NCBI GenBank assembly: GCA_902596065.1
Contig: CACJSL010000001.1
Location: 48,782-112,781, forward strand
Length of the DNA: 64,000 nt
DNA from: an uncultured Alphaproteobacteria bacterium
GTDB lineage: Bacteria > Pseudomonadota > Alphaproteobacteria > HIMB59 > GCA-002718135
Reading direction: 5' to 3'
Within the stretch, counting starts at the first letter, position 1, and every line of letters begins with the position of its first letter. Position numbers and translations under genes: made by a program. Below the pieces are notes generated by a model. The model was not told where the DNA came from. It searched no databases and saw nothing but the letters and a program-made list of their open reading frames with translations. This document shows positions 1 through 9,793 of the stretch, piece after piece.

Positions 1-1711
1 TACATTTAAATAGAGTTATGTTTTTAATTTTTTTTGGATTAATTTTATAAATCCATCTAGGATACTTTGAATCAATCAGTTTACAATTATTTTGTGAAGA
101 AAAATGTTTCGAAGTATCAAAATCTTTTGTTAAAATTAATACATCAGATTTAATTTTTTCCTTTTTGGTTAAAGATTGCATTTCATTAATGTTATCAGAT
201 TTAAATAAGTGAACAAAAAATTCATTTTTTTGATTATTTTTTAAATTTATATTAAAATTTATATATCCATTATTATTTTCCCATAGTTTATGTTCAAGTT
301 CTACACATGTGCTTTTTTGACAAAAACTGTTTGTTATAAACATTTGTTTATTATCAACTTTTTCAAAATAAGATATTTTGTCAAATTTAAAATAATAATT
401 AGTTGTTATATTTTTAATGTTAAATGGATTTAAAGATTCATAACTCTTAACTGAATTACTAGAGTTAATATAATATATTTCACTAATTTCACTAAAATAA
501 ATTTTATTTAAAATTTTAAGTTCTGAAGTTTGGCTTGTAAAAGTAAAAAATATTAATCCAAAAAAATTTAAGACTAAAGTTATTTTAATAATAAAATTTT
601 TAATTTTTTTATTGATGTTAGTTTTATCAAGAAAATAACAAATAAAAAAAGGAGCAAATACTAAAACTGGATAAATATATCTTAGTTCCTTGTGAGGAAC
701 TAATGAGTGGATGATAAAATAAGGTAAAGTTGCCCAGACAATTATGTTTCGATAACCAAAAAACCAAGTATATAAAAGGCTTATAACCAGTAAAATGCTA
801 ATCGGTGGAAAATATTTATATAGGGTTAAATAAAAGTAACCAAAAAAAGGATGATTAGACCAATCTGAACTAGAATAAAAATCGTTACCACTTCCGTACA
901 AGAAAAATTGAATGGATGGTGTTCTATCAATTATATAATTTAAATCAAAAAAATTTATTTTAGTTATAAAATTTTTTCCTTCTATGCCCCAGAAATTAGT
1001 AAGTTGTTCTATGAATATTAATATAATAATTCCAAATATTATAAAAATCAGATTAGATATTTTTTTTCTAAGAAAATTATTTTCAAAAAATAAAATCCAA
1101 AACAATATAAAGGCTATAGATATGCCTACATTGTATCTAAACACAAATGCACAACCTAAAAGCACGCCAAAGTTTATTAGTTTTATTATATTTAATTTAT
1201 TCGTGTTTATTAAATAGTAGGATAAGGCAATTATTAAAAAAGATGTTGATAAATTTTCTGCTGAAGTTCTGGCATGTAAAAGTGGAAAAAACCAAAAAAG
1301 AAAAATAAAAATAAAATAAAATTTTTTTATATCGTTGTCTTTAATATATTTTTTTGTTGCTTGATAAAAAAAATATATTGCCCCAAATCCCAATAGAGAA
1401 CTAACTAGTTTTAGAATAAATGTGATTGAAAAGAAATTTGTTAGATTAAAAAATAATAGTATTTTTGCAATAACAAAATATATAAAGGGCTGAAACCAGG
1501 ATCTAATTATTAAGCTAGAACTATTTACAGAATCTTTATCAGTATTAAGAAAACAAGGATCTGATTGATAACCTAATTTAAAGTTAACATATTCCAAAAC
1601 ACATGACTGCTCATCTGCATTTAGCCAACCTGTACTAAAATAACTTGCCAAAATATGGGAAAAAAAAGAAATTAAAATTATTAAATTAAATTTACTTTTT
1701 ATTAAGTTCAT
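1..1711 (-). CDS. Integral-membrane GT-C glycosyltransferase, Alg9/PIG-B (GT22)-like; 3' end runs off the window
   Basis: Absent from the ORF track because it is open at the window edge. My own translation from ATG at complement 1709-1711 (MNLIKSKFNLIILISFFSHILASYF...) stays open to base 1. Many hydrophobic helices. Motif PHKELRYIYPVL resembles the HKE(E/F)RF(I/L)YP loop of GT22 mannosyltransferases. Confidence 0.6.
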   Translation of the reverse strand, partial: MNLIKSKFNLIILISFFSHILASYFSTGWLNADEQSCVLEYVNFKLGYQSDPCFLNTDKDSVNSSSLIIRSWFQPFIYFVIAKILLFFNLTNFFSITFILKLVSSLLGFGAIYFFYQATKKYIKDNDIKKFYFIFIFLFWFFPLLHARTSAENLSTSFLIIALSYYLINTNKLNIIKLINFGVLLGCAFVFRYNVGISIAFILFWILFFENNFLRKKISNLIFIIFGIIILIFIEQLTNFWGIEGKNFITKINFFDLNYIIDRTPSIQFFLYGSGNDFYSSSDWSNHPFFGYFYLTLYKYFPPISILLVISLLYTWFFGYRNIIVWATLPYFIIHSLVPHKELRYIYPVLVFAPFFICYFLDKTNINKKIKNFIIKITLVLNFFGLIFFTFTSQTSELKILNKIYFSEISEIYYINSSNSVKSYESLNPFNIKNITTNYYFKFDKISYFEKVDNKQMFITNSFCQKSTCVELEHKLWENNNGYINFNINLKNNQKNEFFVHLFKSDNINEMQSLTKKEKIKSDVLILTKDFDTSKHFSSQNNCKLIDSKYPRWIYKINPKKIKNITLFKC

Positions 1712-1742
1712 TTATCTTTAGAGTAAGTTTATAAATTTTATT

Positions 1743-2690
1743 ATGAACACTATCAAACATACGAATAAAAAAATATCTATAATTGCACCTTTTTTCAATG
1801 AAGAAGAAAGTTTGCCAATTTTTTTAGAAGAAGTTTTAAATATTGTTGGAGAGCTGGCTGAGTATAATTTTGAAATTATATTTATAGATGATGGAAGTAC
1901 TGATAATAGCCTTGTTTTTCTAAAAGAAAAGGCCAAAGAAAACAAAAATATTATTGTTCTTGAGCTATCAAGAAATTTTGGGAAAGAGGCAGCTTTAACT
2001 GCTGGGATAGATATAGCTGTTGGATCGGCAATCATTCCAATAGATGTTGATTTACAGGATCCTCCAAATTTGATTAATAAGATGATAAAAAAATGGAAGT
2101 CCGGATCAGATGTTGTTCTTGCAAAAAGAGAAAATAGACTAAATGAAAATTTTTTAAAAAGGGTATCTGCAAGTTTTTTTTATAAAATTTATAGTTTCTT
2201 TGTCGGTAATTCAAAAATCTCAAATGTGGGTGATTTTAGACTGATTGATAAAAGAGTAGTAGATAATATAAAAAATCTAAAAGAAAAAAATAGGTACATG
2301 AAGGGCTTATTAAGTTGGCCTGGATTTTCATCTGCAGAAATCCCCTATACTCGCAACAAAAGAAAAGCAGGAAAGTCAAAATTTACTTTTTTAAAATTGT
2401 TAAACCTGGGTTTTGAGGGAGTTACTTCTTTTAGTGTATTACCTTTAAAATTTTTTATGTTTATAGGTTTTATAGGTATTATTTTTTCTTTGTTTTTTGC
2501 AATTATAATTTTGTTTCAAAAAATATTTTATGAAAATTTTATTGAGGGATATGCTTTTCTGATTCTATTAATTTTATTTTTTGGAAGTTTTCAATTATTG
2601 GGTGTTGGAATTCTTGGTGAATATATAGGTAAAATATACATAGAGACTAAAAACAGACCAATATATATTATTAAAAACAGATATAATTAG
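1743..2690 (+). CDS. GT2 polyprenyl-phosphate glycosyltransferase (ArnC/GtrB/DPM1-like) with two C-terminal TM helices
   Basis: ISIIAPFFNEEESL, IFIDDGSTDNS, DVDLQDPP motifs; hydrophobic C-terminus. Confidence 0.85.
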   Translation: MNTIKHTNKKISIIAPFFNEEESLPIFLEEVLNIVGELAEYNFEIIFIDDGSTDNSLVFLKEKAKENKNIIVLELSRNFGKEAALTAGIDIAVGSAIIPIDVDLQDPPNLINKMIKKWKSGSDVVLAKRENRLNENFLKRVSASFFYKIYSFFVGNSKISNVGDFRLIDKRVVDNIKNLKEKNRYMKGLLSWPGFSSAEIPYTRNKRKAGKSKFTFLKLLNLGFEGVTSFSVLPLKFFMFIGFIGIIFSLFFAIIILFQKIFYENFIEGYAFLILLILFFGSFQLLGVGILGEYIGKIYIETKNRPIYIIKNRYN

Positions 2691-2698
2691 AGATAGTT

Positions 2699-3427
2699 TT
2701 GGATTCAGAATCTTTTTTAGAAATGTCAAGATTTGAAAAAGATCATTGGTGGTTTTGTGGACGTAGAAAAATTATTGATTTATTTTTAAAAAAAATAAAA
2801 TTAAAAAAAAATGCTAAAATTTTAGAAATTGGTTGTGGCACTGGTTCGAATATAAATATGTTAAAAAGTTATGGCTTTGTTTCTGCTATAGAGCCAAGCG
2901 ATGAAGCCATTCATTATTTAAAAAAAAAAGATCTAACTTCAGTAAATTTCAATAAAGGTAAGTGTCCAGAAGATTTGGATTTTGAAAATAAATTTGATTT
3001 AATTTGCATGTTTGATGTTTTAGAGCACATTGATAAGGATAGTGAAACTTTATCAAAAACAATTAAAGGTCTAAAAAATAATGGTAGATTATTTATAACT
3101 GTCCCAGCTTATCAATGGTTATGGAGTCAGCATGATATTAATTTAATGCATAAAAGAAGATATAACAGCAATACATTAAAAAATTTAATAAAAAATTTTG
3201 ATATTAAAATAGAGCATATAACGCACTTTAATACTATTTTATTTCCCTTAGCATTATTAGATAGGATGATTCAAAAAATTGTAAAAAATAATAGTAAAAA
3301 TAATAAATTTCCCAATTATTTTTTAAACGTTTTATTTAAAATTATCTTTAATTTTGAAAAAATATTGCTAAAGTTTTTTTATTTCCCTTTTGGTCTTTCA
3401 TTGTTGTTAATTATCAAAAAAGTTTAA
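2699..3427 (+). CDS. Class I SAM-dependent methyltransferase (TTG start)
   Basis: LEIGCGTGSN glycine-rich SAM loop; DLICMFDVLEH motif. Confidence 0.8.
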   Translation: MDSESFLEMSRFEKDHWWFCGRRKIIDLFLKKIKLKKNAKILEIGCGTGSNINMLKSYGFVSAIEPSDEAIHYLKKKDLTSVNFNKGKCPEDLDFENKFDLICMFDVLEHIDKDSETLSKTIKGLKNNGRLFITVPAYQWLWSQHDINLMHKRRYNSNTLKNLIKNFDIKIEHITHFNTILFPLALLDRMIQKIVKNNSKNNKFPNYFLNVLFKIIFNFEKILLKFFYFPFGLSLLLIIKKV

Positions 3428-3831
3428 CCTGGCGACCATTTTGGGGGTGCTAATTCAAAATCTTTATAGTCAAAAGCTGGAGAAACAGTACATCCTATTA
3501 GGGAGTATTTCCCATTACTTTTCATACTAAACCATGAACCTGCCTTAATAATCAAATGATTATTCTCATCCTTTTCAATATTGTGTCCAAGAATTTTGGT
3601 CACTGAACTTTTTCCGTCTTCTGAAATAAATACAGACAAAGTGTCTCCACTATAAAAATGCAATATTTCATTTTTAGTTAATTTATGCCAATGGGAATTT
3701 TGATCTTTTTTAAGTAAATAATAAATTAAGCTAACATTGTTATCTATGTCACGAAATGATTCTGAAAAATATCCACCTTCAGGGTGGGGAATCATTTTTA
3801 ATTTTTCAATTAATTTTTCTGGATCACTCAT
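3424..3831 (-). CDS. Cupin-fold protein, DUF985 family
   Basis: N-terminal IPHPEGGYFSESFR signature typical of DUF985/YML079w-like cupins. Confidence 0.7.
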   Translation of the reverse strand: MSDPEKLIEKLKMIPHPEGGYFSESFRDIDNNVSLIYYLLKKDQNSHWHKLTKNEILHFYSGDTLSVFISEDGKSSVTKILGHNIEKDENNHLIIKAGSWFSMKSNGKYSLIGCTVSPAFDYKDFELAPPKWSPG

Positions 3832-3849
3832 AAATAAAACTTGGTATTA

Positions 3850-4440
3850 CTATATTAAATGACCAAGTTTTTTTATTTTTGTTGATATATATTTTTCATT
3901 ATATTTATTAGTGTCTGAAGTAATAGAAACTCTTTGATTAACGACTATACCCATATTTTTTAATGCATTTATTTTTTTTGGATTATTTGTCATTAAATCT
4001 ATTTTTTTTATTCCAAGAAAATTAATCATATCTGAAATATTTTCATATTCCCTTTCATCTTCTTTAAATCCTAATTGATGATTTGCTTCTACTGTATCAA
4101 ATCCTTTATCCTGAAGATTATAAGCCCGAATTTTGTTAGATAATCCAATTCCTCTTCCTTCTTGTTGCAGATAAAAAACTACACCACGACCCTTTTCAGC
4201 AATTTGTGTCAAAGATTCTGTTAATTGATACCTGCAATCACAGCGCATACTAAAAAATGATTCTCCTGTTATACATTGAGAATGCACTCTACATAGAACA
4301 GGTTCATTAGTTAATAAGTCACCCATACTTATTGCTAAGTGATCTTTAGAATTCTCTTCATCAGTAAATGCATGAACTTTAAATTCACCTAGGTCAGTAG
4401 GCAGTTTACTTGTTTCAATAAATTTCAATTTTTTTTCCAT
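3850..4440 (-). CDS. ribA: GTP cyclohydrolase II
   Basis: CRVHSQCITGE, MRCDCRYQL zinc site, GRGIGL, FDTVEAN motifs. Confidence 0.9.
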   Translation of the reverse strand: MEKKLKFIETSKLPTDLGEFKVHAFTDEENSKDHLAISMGDLLTNEPVLCRVHSQCITGESFFSMRCDCRYQLTESLTQIAEKGRGVVFYLQQEGRGIGLSNKIRAYNLQDKGFDTVEANHQLGFKEDEREYENISDMINFLGIKKIDLMTNNPKKINALKNMGIVVNQRVSITSDTNKYNEKYISTKIKKLGHLI

Positions 4441-4481
4441 TTTTAACTATGCTTTAATCTTTTATTTATTTTTGTAAATAA

Positions 4482-4958
4482 TTATAATTTAGTAGGATTG
4501 GGTGAGTCACCATAAACATCTTTTGGATCAAAAACCTTTTCTCCTTCTTCAAATTTTAGCTTTATTTTATTAAAATTTTTATTTTCAATAGAAATACTTC
4601 TATAAAAACATGATCTATAACCTACATGGCAACTAGCCCCCCCTTTAACTTGCACTTTGAGCCAAACACTATCTTGATCATCATCAATTCGTATTTCTTT
4701 TATCTTTTGTACAAGCCCACTTGTTTTTCCTTTGTGCCAAATAGTATTTCTACTTCGAGAATAATATACAGCCTCACCAAAAGTAATTGTTTTTTTAAAA
4801 GCTTCCTCATTCATAAATCCTTGCATTAATACTTCTCCTGAATCGAAGTCAGTTGTAACAACAGGTATTAATCCATCTTTATCAAACTTGGGAGCCAGGT
4901 CAGTAGATTCTTCTACTTGCTCTATTGATTTTCTTTTTTTAAATTCAATTTCAGACAT
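4482..4958 (-). CDS. hisI: Phosphoribosyl-AMP cyclohydrolase
   Basis: GLIPVVTTD, YYSRSRNTIWHKGKTSG, DDDQDSVWLKV, CHVGYRSCFY motifs. Confidence 0.9.
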   Translation of the reverse strand: MSEIEFKKRKSIEQVEESTDLAPKFDKDGLIPVVTTDFDSGEVLMQGFMNEEAFKKTITFGEAVYYSRSRNTIWHKGKTSGLVQKIKEIRIDDDQDSVWLKVQVKGGASCHVGYRSCFYRSISIENKNFNKIKLKFEEGEKVFDPKDVYGDSPNPTKL

Positions 4959-4964
4959 AATCTT

Positions 4965-5966
4965 TTATTTCAATTTTTTTGCTATATCTTTTGCAAAATA
5001 AGTTAGTATACCATTTGCGCCAGCTCTTTTAAAAGATAAAAGACTTTCCATAATAACCTTATCGGAATCTAACCAATTTTTTTTAATAGCAGCCATTATC
5101 ATCGCATATTCTCCAGATACTTGGTACACAAACGTGGGTATGTTAAAAGTATTTTTTACTTTATGAACTATATCTAGATAAGGCATACCTGGTTTTATCA
5201 TTACCATATCTGCACCTTCTAATATATCTAACTCAACTTCTCTTATAGCTTCATCGCTGTTAGCAGGATCTAGTTGATAGGTTGATTTTGTTGCTCCTGC
5301 TAGTTTTGAGCCAATTGCATCTCTGAAAGGTCCATAAAATCCTGATGCATACTTTGCTGCATAGGATAATATTTGAGTATTAATAAATCCTGCCTCATCA
5401 AGAATTGACCGAATATGTCCTACTCTTCCATCCATCATATCAGAAGGAGCAATAATATCACATCCAGCTTGTGCTTGGATTAAGGCTTGTTGTCCTAAAA
5501 CCTTTAATGTTTCATCATTATTAACTTCATCATTTATGACTAAGCCATCATGTCCATGATCAGTAAAAGGATCTAGAGCAACATCAGTAATAATTCCTAA
5601 GTCAGGAAATTCATTTTTTACTGCTTTAATTGATCTACAAATCAAGTTATTGTTATCAATAGCATTTGATCCTTTTGAGTCTTTTAATGAAGAATCTATA
5701 TGGGGAAAAATTGCTATAGCTGGGATTTTTAATTTAACAGCTTGTTCTGCTTCTTTAATTAGTTCGTCTATAGAATTTCTATAAATTCCTGGCATTGAGG
5801 AAATTTTATCTTTAATTTTGTTTCCTTCAGTTACAAAAAGAGGCCATATTAAATCATTAGTTGTTAAAATGTTTTCTGAAATAAGTTTTCGTGAAAATGC
5901 TTTCATACGGTTGCGCCTTAAACGTGTAGAAGGAAAAGAAAAGGTATTTAAAGATTTTTTTTTCAT
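4965..5966 (-). CDS. hemB: Porphobilinogen synthase (delta-aminolevulinate dehydratase), Asp-rich (Zn-independent type) metal site
   Basis: RLRRNR, PLFV, active-site stretch DVALDPFTDHGHDG (Asp-rich instead of Cys-rich), MVMIKPG, YQVSGEYAM. Confidence 0.95.
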   Translation of the reverse strand: MKKKSLNTFSFPSTRLRRNRMKAFSRKLISENILTTNDLIWPLFVTEGNKIKDKISSMPGIYRNSIDELIKEAEQAVKLKIPAIAIFPHIDSSLKDSKGSNAIDNNNLICRSIKAVKNEFPDLGIITDVALDPFTDHGHDGLVINDEVNNDETLKVLGQQALIQAQAGCDIIAPSDMMDGRVGHIRSILDEAGFINTQILSYAAKYASGFYGPFRDAIGSKLAGATKSTYQLDPANSDEAIREVELDILEGADMVMIKPGMPYLDIVHKVKNTFNIPTFVYQVSGEYAMIMAAIKKNWLDSDKVIMESLLSFKRAGANGILTYFAKDIAKKLK

Positions 5967-5968
5967 AA

Positions 5969-7891
5969 TTAATTTTTATTTAATGTTTCCTTTTTTAATG
6001 ATTTAATAAACTCATCTAATTTATAAACCTTAGATTCTTGACTTCCTAATCGTCGAACAGAAACAGTTTGTTCTTCTGCTTCTTTTTTACCTATAGCCAA
6101 AATTGCTGGAACTTTTAAATTACTATGTTCTCTAATTTTATATCCAATCTTTTCGTTACGAGTATCTATTTCTGCGCGTATTTTTTCTGATTTCATTTTA
6201 TTTAGTACTTCGTAACCATAATCATCAGTATCAGATGTAATAGTTGCTATAACAACTTGAACTGGGGATAACCAAATTGGCAAATGACCAGCATAGTGTT
6301 CTATCAAAATGCCTGTAAACCTTTCTAAAGAGCCAAAAAGAGCTCGATGTAACATTACAGGAGTTTTTTTCTGACCATCCTCATCAACGAAAGTAGCGCC
6401 TAAACGTCCCGGTAAATTTAAATCCACTTGCAAAGTACCACATTGCCAATCTCTACCTATGGCATCTCGAAGAACAAACTCTAATTTTGGCCCATAAAAT
6501 GCACCTTCACCAGGGTTTAAAGAATATTCCAAATCAGTTGCTTCCATAGCATCTTTTAATGCTTGTTCAGACTTATCCCAAACAGCATCATCACCAACTC
6601 TTTTATCTGGCCTGTCAGAATATTTAATTCGAACATCATTAAAGCCAAAATCTTTGTATATACTTAAAATTAAGTCACAAACTTTTTTACTTTCGCTTGT
6701 GATTTGATCTTCAGTACAAAAAATATGTGCATCATCTTGAGTAAAAGCTCTAACCCTCATTAATCCATGCAGTGCACCTGAAGGTTCATATCGATGAACT
6801 TTTCCAAATTCAGACATACGAAGAGGAAGGTCACGATAACTTTTTAAGCCTTGTTTATAAATTTCTACTGCACCTGGACAATTCATGGGTTTAATAGCAA
6901 ATATTTTTTCTTCTTTGGCTTCTGTTGTAAACATATTCTCACCAAATTTCTCCCAATGTCCTGATGTTTCCCATAAAGATTTATCCATCATATCCGGGGT
7001 GTTAGTTTCAACATAATCTTCTTTGTCTTGCCTATCCCTCATATAGTTTATGAGTGATTGAAATAGTGACCATCCTTTAGGATGCCAAAAAACAGCCCCA
7101 GGCGCTTCCTCTTGAAAATGAAACAAATCCATTTCTCTACCTAATTTACGATGGTCTCTTTTTTCAGCCTCTTCAAGTTGATGCAAATAATCTTTAAGTT
7201 CTTGATCATTTCTCCATGCAGTACCATAAATTCTTGTTAACATAATATTACTTGAATCACCTCGCCAATAAGCTCCAGCAACTTTCATAAGTTTGAAACT
7301 TTTACCAATATGTTTTGTTGAAGGCATATGAGGTCCTCTGCACAAATCCAACCACTCCCCTTGTTTGTAAATTGTAATTATTTCATCTTTTGGCAAATCA
7401 TTAATAAGCTCAACTTTAAACTTCTCTCCCTTTTCTGAAAAAAAGTTAACAGCTTCATCTTTAGACCATTCTTCTCTAACAAAATTTTCATTTTTATTAA
7501 TTATTTCAACCATCTTTTTTTCAATTTTTTTAAAATCATTTGTGGTAAAAGGTTCTTTTCTCGCAAAATCATAATAAAAACCATTTTCTATAGATGGTCC
7601 AATTGTAACTTGAGTTCCTGGGAATAATGTTTGTACTGCTTCTGCCATTACATGAGCGCAGTCATGCCGGATAATATCTAGGGCTTCACTATTTTCTTTT
7701 GTTAAAATTTGAATTTCAGAGTCGTTTTCAATTGTTCTTGATAAATCTAATATTTCTCCATTAACTTTAAAAGCTATAGCTGCTTTAGATAGAGACATTG
7801 AAATTTGTTTAGCAATATCATGGCCATTTAATCCCTTCTCTATTTTGGTAGATTTTCCATCAGGAAATTTAATATTTATTAAATCAGCCAT
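5969..7891 (-). CDS. thrS: Threonyl-tRNA synthetase
   Basis: Full-length ThrS similarity (TGS, editing, class II core, anticodon domain; HRALFGSLERF). The track start at 7906 is TTG. The ATG at complement 7889-7891 follows GGAGAAG and forms a TAATG stop/start overlap with cysS, so I prefer it. Confidence 0.93.
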   Translation of the reverse strand: MADLINIKFPDGKSTKIEKGLNGHDIAKQISMSLSKAAIAFKVNGEILDLSRTIENDSEIQILTKENSEALDIIRHDCAHVMAEAVQTLFPGTQVTIGPSIENGFYYDFARKEPFTTNDFKKIEKKMVEIINKNENFVREEWSKDEAVNFFSEKGEKFKVELINDLPKDEIITIYKQGEWLDLCRGPHMPSTKHIGKSFKLMKVAGAYWRGDSSNIMLTRIYGTAWRNDQELKDYLHQLEEAEKRDHRKLGREMDLFHFQEEAPGAVFWHPKGWSLFQSLINYMRDRQDKEDYVETNTPDMMDKSLWETSGHWEKFGENMFTTEAKEEKIFAIKPMNCPGAVEIYKQGLKSYRDLPLRMSEFGKVHRYEPSGALHGLMRVRAFTQDDAHIFCTEDQITSESKKVCDLILSIYKDFGFNDVRIKYSDRPDKRVGDDAVWDKSEQALKDAMEATDLEYSLNPGEGAFYGPKLEFVLRDAIGRDWQCGTLQVDLNLPGRLGATFVDEDGQKKTPVMLHRALFGSLERFTGILIEHYAGHLPIWLSPVQVVIATITSDTDDYGYEVLNKMKSEKIRAEIDTRNEKIGYKIREHSNLKVPAILAIGKKEAEEQTVSVRRLGSQESKVYKLDEFIKSLKKETLNKN

Positions 7892-9297
7892 TATATACTT
7901 CTCCAAATAGTACCCTCAGAAGTATCTTCAATTTCAACTCCTTCTTCTTTAAGTTTTTTTCTAATTTCATCTGCCATATCAAAATTTTTGTTGCGTCTAG
8001 CTTCATTACGATCTTTTATCAACCTTTCTATAGTATCTTGATTAATATTTTTTGATTGACCATAACCAAGCCAAGTATCTGGGTTTTCTTGGAGAATTCC
8101 AAATATTTTTCCTATCTCTAAAAGATTGAACTTAATTTTTTGTTTTGTTTTTACATCAGCATTATTAATACCATTAGTTAGCATATTGAGCTCAGCAATA
8201 ACTTTAGGTGTATTGAGGTCATCATATAGCCCATTTATAATTCTTTCTTCTATTTCATTTTTTTCCGCATAGGCATCAATCTTTTCTAGATCCTTTAGGG
8301 TCCTATACAATCTATCTAACATGGTACTGTTTTGCTTAATGATATCTCTTGTCCAATTAAGAGGCTGGCGATAGTGAGCTGATAGCAGAGTTAATCTTAG
8401 CACTTCGCCTTTATATTCTTTTACCAAGTCATGAACCAATTTAATATTACCAATAGATTTGGACATTTTTTCTCCCTCTACATTTACAAACCCATTGTGA
8501 AACCAATACTTTGAAAAGGATTTTAAATCATCATTACTTTTATGTGCTGCACATGTTTGCGCAATTTCGTTTTCGTGATGAGGAAAAATTAAATCAGCTC
8601 CTCCACTGTGTATATCAAATGGTAAGCCCAAAGTTTTTTCTGACATAGCGGAACATTCTAAATGCCATCCTGGCCTTCCCAGTCCCCACGGAGATTCCCA
8701 TCCCGGTAGAGGTGAAGGACTCGGTTTCCATAACACGAAGTCTGTAGGATCTTTTTTATATGGTGCAACTTCAACTCTGCTTCCAGTAATTTGTTCATCT
8801 CTGTTTCGGCCAGATAACATGCCATAATTTTTAAATGATGGAACATGAAATAAAACATGGCCATCCTTTTCATAAGCAAAATTATTTTTAATTAATTTTT
8901 CAATAAGATTAATCATTTCTTTAATATAATCAGTTGCTTTTGGTTGTATATCTGGTTGCTTCACACCTAGAATAGACATGTCTTCATTATAAATTTTAGT
9001 ATATTTTTCAGTTAATTCTTTTATAGAAATTTTATTTTCTTGAGATGCTGTAATTATCTTATCATCAATATCTGTGATATTAGAAACATAAGTAACTTTT
9101 GGATACAAAGTTTTCAAAAAGCGAATTAACAAATCATTTACCACTGCCATTCTAGCATTTCCAATATGAGCGTAATTATAAACTGTAGGTCCACATGCAT
9201 ATACTCTAACATTTAAGGGGTCTATTGGCTTAAACTCCTCTAAATTATTACCTAAGGTATTATGAATTTTAAGTGTTTTCATAAAATTAAAACTCAC
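7891..9297 (-). CDS. cysS: Cysteinyl-tRNA synthetase
   Basis: HIGNAR (HIGH) and KMSKS class I motifs, WHLEC zinc site. Confidence 0.95.
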   Translation of the reverse strand: MSFNFMKTLKIHNTLGNNLEEFKPIDPLNVRVYACGPTVYNYAHIGNARMAVVNDLLIRFLKTLYPKVTYVSNITDIDDKIITASQENKISIKELTEKYTKIYNEDMSILGVKQPDIQPKATDYIKEMINLIEKLIKNNFAYEKDGHVLFHVPSFKNYGMLSGRNRDEQITGSRVEVAPYKKDPTDFVLWKPSPSPLPGWESPWGLGRPGWHLECSAMSEKTLGLPFDIHSGGADLIFPHHENEIAQTCAAHKSNDDLKSFSKYWFHNGFVNVEGEKMSKSIGNIKLVHDLVKEYKGEVLRLTLLSAHYRQPLNWTRDIIKQNSTMLDRLYRTLKDLEKIDAYAEKNEIEERIINGLYDDLNTPKVIAELNMLTNGINNADVKTKQKIKFNLLEIGKIFGILQENPDTWLGYGQSKNINQDTIERLIKDRNEARRNKNFDMADEIRKKLKEEGVEIEDTSEGTIWRSI

Positions 9298-9332
9298 CTT
9301 ATATTATCCACAAAGGTGTTTTAAACTTTTAT

Positions 9333-9776
9333 TTAAAAAAAAGGATTATATGCCCATTGTAGCAAAGCTTGCCGCTGTTTTTTTCTACAACTAAAATATT
9401 TTTTTGGACAGTTTTTTTTAATTCCACCAATATGTCTTGGCCCAAAAGCTTTCCATCGCATTATTTGTATTCTATCTATCTCGGGAATTCTCCTACCAAT
9501 TGAAAAGCGACAGTACCACTGAAACCACCCTCTAGGATCTTCTTTCATAATCCATCCTTTAGATTGCCACTCTTTTAAGCTTTGCCCAGACTTAATTTGA
9601 AAGTAGTTTAAATTTACATCAAATGATTTGCTGATTTTAGCTTTTTTAAACCATGACTCTGGAAATTCATTAATTGTATCTCCTAAATATGAACCGCCAA
9701 ACACTCCGTATTCTAACATTTTTTTTGGACTTAATTCTGGTTTGAATTCTAAATAAAAATCCTTTTGTTTCTTCAT
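9333..9776 (-). CDS. Conserved hypothetical protein, Trp- and Arg/Lys-rich
   Basis: 147-aa ORF with DPRGWFQWYCRF and IMRWKAFGPRH blocks; no family I can name with confidence. Confidence 0.45.
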   Translation of the reverse strand: MKKQKDFYLEFKPELSPKKMLEYGVFGGSYLGDTINEFPESWFKKAKISKSFDVNLNYFQIKSGQSLKEWQSKGWIMKEDPRGWFQWYCRFSIGRRIPEIDRIQIMRWKAFGPRHIGGIKKNCPKKYFSCRKKQRQALLQWAYNPFF

Positions 9777-9793
9777 ACAAGAAAACTAAATAA

